In this document: piece by piece, positions 1 to 7,586 of the stretch
Position numbering within the stretch: the stretch's first letter is position 1
How the letters are laid out: each line of letters opens with the position of its first letter
NCBI GenBank assembly: GCA_041917695.1
Contig: JAYRXE010000037.1
Span: 306,582 to 370,581, forward strand
Direction: 5' to 3'
Length of the DNA: 64,000 nucleotides
DNA from: Minisyncoccota bacterium
Lineage (GTDB): Bacteria > Patescibacteriota > Minisyncoccia > UBA6257 > GWB1-50-10
Made by a program: the position numbers and the translations under genes
The notes under the pieces: generated by a model
Database searches by the model: none
Told to the model about the DNA's origin: nothing
The model's input: only the letters and a program-made list of their open reading frames with translations

Positions 1-108
1 CTTGAAAAGGTGGACGTCGTACTCGAAATCCCCATGCGGGGACAAAAGGAGTCTTTGAATGTGGCGGTTGCTTTCGGCATTGCCGCGTATGAAATCGCTT
101 CCGACTGA
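1..108 (+). CDS. SpoU/TrmH-family RNA 2'-O-methyltransferase, C-terminal fragment (gene begins upstream of window)
   Basis: Frame-1 translation LEKVDVVLEIPMRGQKESLNVAVAFGIAAYEIASD* matches SpoU methylase C-terminal motif (ESLNVAVA.GI); stop TGA at 106-108. Confidence 0.6.
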   Translation, partial: LEKVDVVLEIPMRGQKESLNVAVAFGIAAYEIASD

Positions 109-131
109 ATTTTTTCTGATATAATTTTCCT

Positions 132-623
132 ATGACGCAAGCGGGGCATTTTTCAAAACTTGCACTCGTCATCCTCTTTGCCTTCGTGGCGGTCGGAGGC
201 GTTTTCTATTCGTACCTAGGCTCCATTTCAAAAAGTTACGGAACCTATGCGTTGCTTCCCGAGGGTCAGAAAATATCGCTTGATCTCGCGCGAACGGACG
301 TGGAGCGCGCGCGGGGGCTTTCCGGCAGGCAGAGCATCAAGGAAGACGCCGGCATGTATTTCATCTTTCCGCGGGAGGACCGCTACGGATTTTGGATGAA
401 GGACATGGAATTTCCGATAGATATCATTTGGATTCACCAAGGAAAGGTGGTCGGCGTCGCCGAAAACGTGCAGGCCCAGCCGGGGGCGACCGATAGCGAG
501 CTCGAAATCTATTATCCCCCGGAAGCGGTGAATGCAGTGCTGGAGATGAAAGCGGGAGCGGCGAGAAGGTATACTATTGATACGGGGGATCGCATACAGG
601 TGCAGATCATTCCCGATAAATAA
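132..623 (+). CDS. DUF192 (COG1430) family protein with N-terminal TM helix
   Basis: 163-aa ORF; N-terminal hydrophobic segment; motif FPREDRYGFWMKDMEFPIDIIW..VLEMKAG typical of DUF192. Confidence 0.6.
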   Translation: MTQAGHFSKLALVILFAFVAVGGVFYSYLGSISKSYGTYALLPEGQKISLDLARTDVERARGLSGRQSIKEDAGMYFIFPREDRYGFWMKDMEFPIDIIWIHQGKVVGVAENVQAQPGATDSELEIYYPPEAVNAVLEMKAGAARRYTIDTGDRIQVQIIPDK

Positions 624-627
624 CCTC

Positions 628-1647
628 ATGCCAAAAAAAATTGCCATCAACGGATTCGGGCGCATCGGCCGCATTTTCATGCGCCAAGCGCTCGAACATC
701 CTTCCTTCGAGATTGTTGCGGTGAATGATTTGGGGGATATTCAAAACCTTGCGTATCTTTTTGCGCACGATTCGGTATACGGAAAATTCCGCGGAACTGT
801 TGAAGCGGATGAGGCTTCACATTCCTTGGTGATTAACGGCACGCGCATCGCCGTTTTGCAGGAAAAAGATCCGGTTGCGCTTCCGTGGAAAAAATTGGGA
901 ATCGACGTTGTCGTGGAATCGACGGGAGCCTTCGATTCGTTCGAAAAAGCCAACGCCCATATCCAGGCGGGGGCAAGGCATGCGGTCTTGAGCGCTCCCG
1001 CGAAGGATGGCGATGGACCGTTAGGACGCACAATCATCATCGGCGTGAACGACCATGAACTTGGCTCGACGCCCGTGACTTCAAACGCTTCATGCACCAC
1101 GAATGCCATCGCGGCGGTGATGCGCATCATGGCGGATACCGTGGGATTTGAGAAAGCCATTTTGAATACGACCCACGCGTATACGGCGACGCAAAGCATC
1201 GTGGACAGCCCCGTGAAGGGGAGCGATTTCAGGCGGGGGCGGGCCGGGGCGCATAACATGGGACCGTCGTCAACGGGCGCGGCGCTTGCGGCGGGAAGAG
1301 TGATTAAGGAAGCCGAAGGGCTTTTCGACGGCATCGCCGTCCGCGTGCCGGTCGTCGCCGGATCGATTGCAGACGTAACATTCGTCGCCAAACGGCCGAC
1401 CAGTTCCGAAGAAGTGAATGAACTCCTCCGCTCCGCGGCGCGGGAGGCCCGCTGGGAGGGTATTCTCAAGGTTTCCGACGACCAGCTCGTCTCCACCGAT
1501 ATCATCGGCGAACCGTATGCGGCGATTGTGGACGCGCGCTCGACGCGGGTCGTGGGGAGGAATCTCGTGAAAATTCTCTGCTGGTACGACAACGAATACG
1601 GGTACGTTTCAACGCTGGTGAAACATATCGACCGGATCCCCCTCTAA
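628..1647 (+). CDS. gap: glyceraldehyde-3-phosphate dehydrogenase (type I)
   Basis: MPKKIAINGFGRIGR Rossmann N-terminus, SCTTNA catalytic Cys motif, WYDNEYGY C-terminal signature; start placed at ATG 628 rather than the ORF-track 577. Confidence 0.9.
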   Translation: MPKKIAINGFGRIGRIFMRQALEHPSFEIVAVNDLGDIQNLAYLFAHDSVYGKFRGTVEADEASHSLVINGTRIAVLQEKDPVALPWKKLGIDVVVESTGAFDSFEKANAHIQAGARHAVLSAPAKDGDGPLGRTIIIGVNDHELGSTPVTSNASCTTNAIAAVMRIMADTVGFEKAILNTTHAYTATQSIVDSPVKGSDFRRGRAGAHNMGPSSTGAALAAGRVIKEAEGLFDGIAVRVPVVAGSIADVTFVAKRPTSSEEVNELLRSAAREARWEGILKVSDDQLVSTDIIGEPYAAIVDARSTRVVGRNLVKILCWYDNEYGYVSTLVKHIDRIPL

Positions 1648-1663
1648 TTTGTTGGCTCGTGAA

Positions 1664-1687
1664 GGCCGGCGGAACGCCGGTTTTTTC
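1664..1687 (+). terminator. rho-independent terminator after gap
   Basis: hairpin ccggcg-gaa-cgccgg followed by TTTTTT. Confidence 0.5.
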
Positions 1688-1733
1688 TTTCTCGTTTGGG
1701 AAAATGGCGCGGTGCGTATAAAATGAGTGGGCT

Positions 1734-3125
1734 ATGAAGAAAGTCCTTGCCGTCACCGGCATCCTTCTCATTTTTTTCGCCGCGGGGGCGTTCGCGTTCC
1801 TTTCAGCGCGCTTGTGGCAGGCGAATGGGGAACTGAAGAGCGAGCTTGAGACGCAAAAAGTCTCTTCCGAACGCCGTGAAGCGGTGCTTCAGGGAAATTT
1901 CCTTTCCGCCGATGGCTTTGGCTCGTCCGGCAAGGATGAATATTTCGCGTCAAAGGAAAAGCTCATCTCTGCAAAAGCGGATTTCGTAAACGTAGACTTG
2001 GCGGGGATGAAGCTTACGCTCTACGAGAAAGGAGCGGAAAAGGCGGCGTATCCTGTGCTTACGAAAGGACGGGAGGGAAGTTGGTGGGAAACGCCCACGG
2101 GGGAATATACCGCGCTTTCCAAAGAGACGAACCATTTTTCATCCATCGGCAAGGTATGGATGCCGTGGAGCATCCAGTTTTACGGGAATTTCTTCATCCA
2201 CGGCTGGCCGTATCATCCCGACGGTTCGCCGGTCGAGGCGGCCTATTCGGGGGGCTGCGTGCGGCTTGCAACCGAGGATGCAAAAAAAGTTTTTGACTTC
2301 GTTTCGCGGGGAATGCCCATTCTCATCTATGAAGTGAAGCCCGATCGGCGCATCACGCCGGTAACGCCGGCGGGAAATGCGCCCGCCGTTCCCGCGCTCA
2401 CCGCCGAATCGGCCATCGTGGCGGATCTCGACACCGGCGATATCTTTCTCGATAAGAACGCCGACATGCCTTTGGAACTCATGTCGGTCACGAAGCTTAT
2501 GACGGCTGTCGTCGCAAGCGAGCTGATTTATCTTGAGCGGGGTATTACCATCTCGAGCGGCATGGTCTCCGATCCGGTGCAAAGCTACCCGCTTGCAGTC
2601 GGGAAAAGCTATAAGGCATTCGACCTTTTTTACCCGATGCTCATGCAGTCTTCGAACGGCTCGGCGCGGGCGCTCGGCTCATTCATCGGCGAAAAGGAAT
2701 TCGTCCGGCAAATGAATGAAAAGGCCAAAACGCTCGGCATGGCGAATACGACTTTTGCGGATACGCCCGGAATCAAAGAGGAAAACAAGGGGAGTTTGAA
2801 AGATGTCGCGCGTCTTATGAAATATATCGCCGACAAACGGTTTTTCATATTCGATATCACCCGGGGCAAGAAACTTTCCATCTTCAGTGAAGGCGAACTT
2901 TCCTCGATAAAGAATTTCAACGACTTTGCGGGGGATCCGCGCCTCCTCGGCATGAAAAACGGGAAACTGATGGCTATCGGCGAGACCATTGCGGCGGTCT
3001 TTATCTTGAAGGACGGGAACGGGGCGGAACATCGCATTTTCATAGGGGTTTTAAGGTCCGCGGACCGGAAAGGGGACACGGAGAAGCTTTTGGGGTGGAC
3101 TGAGGCCGCTTTTGGCTTGAAATAA
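1734..3125 (+). CDS. fused L,D-transpeptidase (YkuD) / D-alanyl-D-alanine carboxypeptidase (peptidase S11) protein
   Basis: N-terminal TM helix; YkuD catalytic region HGWPYHPDGSPVEAAYSGGCVRL in first half; S11 motifs SVTKLMT (SxxK) and SSNG (SxN) in second half. Confidence 0.7.
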   Translation: MKKVLAVTGILLIFFAAGAFAFLSARLWQANGELKSELETQKVSSERREAVLQGNFLSADGFGSSGKDEYFASKEKLISAKADFVNVDLAGMKLTLYEKGAEKAAYPVLTKGREGSWWETPTGEYTALSKETNHFSSIGKVWMPWSIQFYGNFFIHGWPYHPDGSPVEAAYSGGCVRLATEDAKKVFDFVSRGMPILIYEVKPDRRITPVTPAGNAPAVPALTAESAIVADLDTGDIFLDKNADMPLELMSVTKLMTAVVASELIYLERGITISSGMVSDPVQSYPLAVGKSYKAFDLFYPMLMQSSNGSARALGSFIGEKEFVRQMNEKAKTLGMANTTFADTPGIKEENKGSLKDVARLMKYIADKRFFIFDITRGKKLSIFSEGELSSIKNFNDFAGDPRLLGMKNGKLMAIGETIAAVFILKDGNGAEHRIFIGVLRSADRKGDTEKLLGWTEAAFGLK

Positions 3126-3198
3126 GGCTGTTTTTAGGGTAGTCCTAACGTACCGTCCCGGTACGTTTATTCTTGTACCAGGCATGGGAGGGGTGCTA

Positions 3199-3227
3199 TT
3201 GACAGCCCTCGAGATATATGCTAGAAT
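3199..3227 (+). promoter_or_regulatory. sigma-70-like promoter (TTGACA-17-TAGAAT) for surface-protein gene
   Basis: TTGACA 3199-3204, 17-nt spacer, TAGAAT 3222-3227, about 20 nt before ATG 3248. Confidence 0.45.
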
Positions 3228-3247
3228 TTCACGGAAATACAAAAAAT

Positions 3248-5257
3248 ATGAAGAAAGCAAGCAAACTCATCAGTTTCTTCATGGTCGGAGTCCTTGTGGC
3301 GACCGTCGTGGTCCCTGCGGGAACGATTGCGGCCAGCGCTTCAAGCGCGTCCGCGCCCTCTGTCGGAGCTGTAAACAGCTTTGGGTCTCGTTCCAGCGCG
3401 GCGTATGCGATCGGCGGCCAGAGCGGCAGCCCTGCAATCGTGGTGCCCTCGACTATCCAGCCAGTTGCAAACTTTGGCGTTACGCCTTCGGATACGTCGG
3501 CGGTTCTTTCCTGGTTCACGCCGAACCAGAACAACATGGCCGAATTCGATATTCGTCGGTCTACGTCGCCCATCAATGAAAACAACTTTGTTTTCGCGAC
3601 CCAGCTCGCGGGCGTTCCCCAGCCGATTCCCGGCATGACGCAGACGTTCACCGCAATCGGTCTCCAGTCCAATTCAAACTATTGCTTCGCCATTCGCGTG
3701 GTCGACATCGTCGGCCAAACGTCTCCGATCGTCTCTGCTTGCGTGACGACCTTGGGTGGCGGCCAATCGGGCATCCTTCCGGTGTCGAATTTCACCGGCT
3801 CGCCCGCTGAGCATTCCGTGAGCCTTTCGTGGCTTACGCCGAACCAGAACAACATGGCTGAGTTCGACCTTCGCCGGTCCACCTCGCCCATCAATGAAAA
3901 TAATTTCAATTTCGCTACCCAGTTGTCGGGCGTTCCCCAGCCGATTCCGGGCGTATCCCAGGGATACACCGCTACCGGTCTTGATTCGAACACCCTTTAC
4001 TGCTTTGCGATTAAAGTTGTCGACATTGTCGGCCAAACTTCCCGTCTCGTTTCGACTTGCGTTACCACGACTGGTGGCGGCGGAGGCGGTGGCGGCGGAG
4101 GCGGTGGCGGCGGAGGAGGCGGCCCCGGCCCTCTCTACGGCAGTTTCACCATCAATGGCGGTGAAGCGTGCCCCGCGAGCGTGAATGTGACCCTCTTTAT
4201 CACCACGAACGCAGCACAGATGATCGTTTCCAATTTCTCGGATTTCCGCGGTGCGGTTTGGGAACCGGCAACCACGAGGAAAGCATGGACTTTGCTCGGC
4301 GGTGCGGGACCGAAGACGGTGTACATGAAATTCCGCGACAGCTTCAATGTGGAATCCCCGATTACGTCGGTCACGGTCTGTCAGACCCCGACCTCGACTG
4401 TCGGACTCCCTCCGCAGGTGGTCATCATCCGCGAGCCAGTCTTCCAGCCCGTTGTGGTTCCGGGAGGCCAAGTCTTGGGTACGGCGACGAATCGCGTGGA
4501 CTTCAACGATCTTATGGTCAACTGGGGCCCGGTATCGTCCCGCAACAAGGCTGACTTGAACGGCGACCGCGTCGTCGACGGCAAAGATGTTGAGATTCTT
4601 GCCGACGACTGGGTGGATATCCGCGTCGAGGCGACGCCTCCGCTTCTTGCAACGACGCTTGCGATGGCTCCTGAAAAACTCAATGTGGTCGAAGGCGATA
4701 TCATGACGTTCGTCGTGAACGCCCGGCCCCAGCGCCAGAACGAGCGCGCATATACGGCGCAGATCAAGGTAAACTATCCCGCTGACGTTTTGGAATTCGA
4801 TTCCATCACGTACTGGAAGGGATGGGTGCCGGTGGTCCGCCCCGGATATGACGAGGTGGATGCCGTAAACGGTTCCATTGTGAAGACTGCCGGTTATGCG
4901 GACGGCTTCATGGATGAGAAAGTGTTCGGCGTCGTGAAATTCCGCGTTAAGCAGGCTGGTAAGGGAACGGTGAGCTTCGGCGACACCTCCTACGTCCTCG
5001 ACAAGGACCACCAGAATGCGCTTGCCGGAACCCGCTTGCCGAAAGAACTCGCCGTGACGGCCTATCCGTCGAAGGGTTCGGCTGAATCCTTCCTCGCGAG
5101 CCTCTTGGGTCTCGGTCCGGAAGGGCTCATCCCGCTCATCCTGCTCCTCGTCTTCCTCGGTCTTCTCATCGCGCTCTACTTCATCGTGAAGCGCGCCGAT
5201 GAGGCGGCTGAAATGGGAGGCGACGTGCGGAGTGAAATCTTCGCGGCTGACCGTTAA
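3248..5257 (+). CDS. large cell-surface protein: signal/TM N-terminus, two tandem Fn3-like repeats, poly-Gly linker, dockerin-like motif, C-terminal TM anchor
   Basis: Start at MKKASKLISFF (3248, downstream of -10); repeats SW(F/L)TPNQNNMAEFD..YCFAI(R/K)VVDIVGQTS x2; 17xGly; DLNGDRVVDGKDVEIL dockerin/EF-hand-like; C-terminal LIPLILLLVFLGLLIALYFIVKRADE hydrophobic anchor. Confidence 0.6.
   Translation: MKKASKLISFFMVGVLVATVVVPAGTIAASASSASAPSVGAVNSFGSRSSAAYAIGGQSGSPAIVVPSTIQPVANFGVTPSDTSAVLSWFTPNQNNMAEFDIRRSTSPINENNFVFATQLAGVPQPIPGMTQTFTAIGLQSNSNYCFAIRVVDIVGQTSPIVSACVTTLGGGQSGILPVSNFTGSPAEHSVSLSWLTPNQNNMAEFDLRRSTSPINENNFNFATQLSGVPQPIPGVSQGYTATGLDSNTLYCFAIKVVDIVGQTSRLVSTCVTTTGGGGGGGGGGGGGGGGGPGPLYGSFTINGGEACPASVNVTLFITTNAAQMIVSNFSDFRGAVWEPATTRKAWTLLGGAGPKTVYMKFRDSFNVESPITSVTVCQTPTSTVGLPPQVVIIREPVFQPVVVPGGQVLGTATNRVDFNDLMVNWGPVSSRNKADLNGDRVVDGKDVEILADDWVDIRVEATPPLLATTLAMAPEKLNVVEGDIMTFVVNARPQRQNERAYTAQIKVNYPADVLEFDSITYWKGWVPVVRPGYDEVDAVNGSIVKTAGYADGFMDEKVFGVVKFRVKQAGKGTVSFGDTSYVLDKDHQNALAGTRLPKELAVTAYPSKGSAESFLASLLGLGPEGLIPLILLLVFLGLLIALYFIVKRADEAAEMGGDVRSEIFAADR
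3464..4075. repeat. intragenic tandem duplication, 2 x 318 nt (106 aa each, Fn3-like)
   Basis: Near-identical blocks, e.g. cttcctggttcacgccgaaccagaacaacatggccgaattcga (3508-) vs ctttcgtggcttacgccgaaccagaacaacatggctgagttcga (3826-). Confidence 0.8.
4073..4123. repeat. GGN simple-sequence repeat encoding Gly17 (unit ggtggcggcggaggc)
   Basis: 51 nt of ggt/ggc/gga codons, in frame in the surface protein. Confidence 0.9.
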
Positions 5258-5282
5258 AGAAAAAGAGTACTCAATACCTAAC

Positions 5283-5315
5283 AAAACTCCCCGCCATAGC
5301 GGGGAGTTTTGTTTT
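5283..5315 (+). terminator. rho-independent terminator after surface-protein gene
   Basis: aaaactccccgc-cata-gcggggagtttt hairpin then gttttat. Confidence 0.55.
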
Positions 5316-5344
5316 ATCCATGCAATACCGTTAAAATCAGGAGT

Positions 5345-6124
5345 ATGACGTTTTTCGATTCCATCATTTTGGGGATTGTTGAAGGGGTGACCGAGTTTTT
5401 GCCCATTTCCTCGACGGGCCATTTGATACTCGCGTCCGAACTCCTCGGTATCCCGCAGACTGATTTCGTGAAGAGCTTTGAGATTGCAATACAGCTTGGC
5501 GCCATCCTTGCGGTGGTCGTCCTCTATTGGCGCCGTTTCCTCACGTCGCGCAAGGCGGTGATGCGCATCATCGCGGCGTTTCTTCCCACCGCAGTACTCG
5601 GCTTGGTTTTTTATTCGCTCATCAAGACGTATTTGCTCGGGAATCCCGTCGTCGTCCTTCTCGCGCTCGCGCTTGGCGGGGCGGGCCTTGTTCTCTTTGA
5701 GAAATGGTATGCGGGCCGGAACGCAACCGCGGTCCATAACGATATTGAGGAACTGAGCATCAGGCAGGCTGTCGCAATCGGTTTGTTCCAAAGCTTCGCC
5801 ATGGTGCCCGGCGTATCCCGCGCGGCGGCAACCATCCTGGGCGGGCTCTTCCTGGGTCTCGGCAGGAAGGCCATCGTCGAATTTTCTTTTTTGCTTGCGG
5901 TTCCGACGATGCTTGCCGCGACCGGGCTCGATCTTCTGAAAAGCGCCTATGCGTTTACGCCGAAGGAAGCAGTGCTTCTCGTCACCGGCCTTTTTATCTC
6001 GTTTGTCGTCGCCATCGGGGCGATAAAATTCCTGCTGAATTATATCGAACGGCATTCATTCACGAATTTCGGATGGTACCGGATAGCCGTCGCCGCCGTA
6101 TTCGCCGTCATTCTTTTCCTCTAA
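5345..6124 (+). CDS. uppP: undecaprenyl-diphosphate phosphatase
   Basis: MTFFDSIILGIVEGVTEFLPISSTGHL (BacA N-terminal signature), multi-TM; SD aggag before ATG 5345. Confidence 0.85.
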   Translation: MTFFDSIILGIVEGVTEFLPISSTGHLILASELLGIPQTDFVKSFEIAIQLGAILAVVVLYWRRFLTSRKAVMRIIAAFLPTAVLGLVFYSLIKTYLLGNPVVVLLALALGGAGLVLFEKWYAGRNATAVHNDIEELSIRQAVAIGLFQSFAMVPGVSRAAATILGGLFLGLGRKAIVEFSFLLAVPTMLAATGLDLLKSAYAFTPKEAVLLVTGLFISFVVAIGAIKFLLNYIERHSFTNFGWYRIAVAAVFAVILFL

Positions 6125-6300
6125 ATCAGAAGCAGATAAAAACGGCGATTATGATGCCCGCGGAAAGAACCATTGCCCGTCGTAATCCTGTGCGTTCCGT
6201 ACGTGTTCTGTTTGTTTCCGCCATATATGTTCCAGACGTTTTTCCCCGCTTTCCGTGACCTTTGCCGTCATATGAGGCTTTGTTGAACCGTTTTACGCGT

Positions 6301-6774
6301 ATGAGCAAAAACACTCTTCTTATCCTCGTCGGCCTCCTCGTTGTCGCGGGAGTGGCGTATGTATGGGTGCAGGGCGGAGGATTTCAAACGGCAGCCAAGG
6401 ACGAATCCCAGATCCGTGCCCAAACGGAAGGCTTCGGTGAGGCGTTACAGCAGGTATCCCTGCTTGCCCCCGACGACGTGCGGCAGGCGGAAATGCAGGA
6501 AAATTATTCAGCCTATCTTTCCCCAAACGTGTTGAATGAGTGGAAAAGCGATTCTTCGCATGCCGTGGGACGGCTTACCTCAAGCCCGTGGCCGGCCCGC
6601 ATAGAAATCCAAACCGTGACAAAACGCGATGACGGAACGTACGAAGTGAAAGGAGATATCATTGAAGTGACAAACACCGACCCGAATGTCGCCCGCCGTC
6701 CGGTCACGCTTGTTTTTGAGAAGCAAAACGGACGGTGGCTTATTGCGAGTGTGGAAGCGGGAGACTATCATTAA
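6301..6774 (+). CDS. hypothetical secreted/membrane-anchored protein
   Basis: ORF with N-terminal TM (MSKNTLLILVGLLVVAGVAYVWV); no recognisable domain. Confidence 0.45.
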   Translation: MSKNTLLILVGLLVVAGVAYVWVQGGGFQTAAKDESQIRAQTEGFGEALQQVSLLAPDDVRQAEMQENYSAYLSPNVLNEWKSDSSHAVGRLTSSPWPARIEIQTVTKRDDGTYEVKGDIIEVTNTDPNVARRPVTLVFEKQNGRWLIASVEAGDYH

Positions 6775-6810
6775 GGACATTTTTAAAAACTTTTGAAATG
6801 ATTACGGATT

Positions 6811-7422
6811 CTATTCCGTGGCGGGGGCGGGGACACGGAACGGGCGTTTTTTCATCCGTTCTTCCCGCCGTTTTTTGAGTTTCTCTGGGAATTTTTCCGC
6901 GAAAAATTTCCGGTAGGCGATCTTACTGTCGGTCTTCGTCTTTAGATTGTGACAGGGGATGCAGAGCATCTGACCGTTCGCGAGCTCGTTCTTGCCGCCA
7001 AGGGCGATGGGTTTGATGTGGTCAAGCGTAAGCGGTACGCCGGTTTTTCCGCAGGCGACGCATTTCTCGCCGTGCATGGCGATCAATTTTTCCTTGATGC
7101 GCTGCCGGGCGTCCGAAGAGCCTCCTTTTTTCTTGTAGCGGATTTCGGCGCGGTCGTTCTCGTGGATGGGGCAATGGCCGTGTTCGAGCTTGTACGCCAA
7201 ATACCCCTTCAGGGTCGTGAGTTCCTCGAGGGTTGCCGTGTCCATTGATTCGCCGATGTGGCCTTTGACCCAGCGGGCGGCGTCCATGCGTCCCCGGCGC
7301 TCGTTCATGTCCCACAATTGCGCCCGCAATCGGCGGCAGTCATACCGCGCTTTTTCCATTTCAGGAGTTCCTTTTGCATAAGCCTTTTTGGGCCGGAACG
7401 CCGTTTTGTCCGTTTTTTCCAT
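6811..7422 (-). CDS. stand-alone HNH endonuclease
   Basis: CVACG..LTLDHIKPIALGGKNELANGQMLCIPCHNLKT = HNH motif with flanking Cys pairs; basic C-terminus. Confidence 0.75.
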   Translation of the reverse strand: MEKTDKTAFRPKKAYAKGTPEMEKARYDCRRLRAQLWDMNERRGRMDAARWVKGHIGESMDTATLEELTTLKGYLAYKLEHGHCPIHENDRAEIRYKKKGGSSDARQRIKEKLIAMHGEKCVACGKTGVPLTLDHIKPIALGGKNELANGQMLCIPCHNLKTKTDSKIAYRKFFAEKFPEKLKKRREERMKKRPFRVPAPATE

Positions 7423-7447
7423 CTAAAATCCCTATAAATTCGAGTGC

Positions 7448-7460
7448 CGAACTAAGTTCC
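7448..7460. promoter_or_regulatory. candidate SOS (Cheo-like) box CGAAC-TAA-GTTCC in divergent HNH/uvrA promoter region
   Basis: palindromic GAAC..GTTC arms with 3-nt spacer (consensus Cheo box has 4-nt spacer); located upstream of uvrA, a classical LexA target. Confidence 0.3.
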
Positions 7461-7586
7461 CTTATTTTGCCTTATCTCGCGCATGCAGTCAAAAACCTTT
7501 CTGATTGACCTATTCCCAGAAGCCTCCTAAACTCATCAGATACACCCCCTTAGAGCGCAAAAGGCGGGCAATTTCGTTATAAAACT

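Noticed and set aside
577-627. GAPDH start at 577 (ORF track)
   Set aside because: It would overlap DUF192 by 47 nt and add a non-conserved 17-aa extension. The canonical MPKKIAINGFGRIGR N-terminus begins at 628.
5101-5257. C-terminus of surface protein as LPXTG/PEP-CTERM/PGF-CTERM sorting signal
   Set aside because: The sequence GLGPEGLIPLILLLVFLGLLIALYFIVKRADE... matches none of these motifs exactly. Reported only as a generic C-terminal TM anchor.
3674-6055. 793-aa minus-strand ORF
   Set aside because: Antisense to the surface-protein gene and uppP. Arg/His-rich low-complexity translation typical of a high-GC antisense frame. No SD and no homology.
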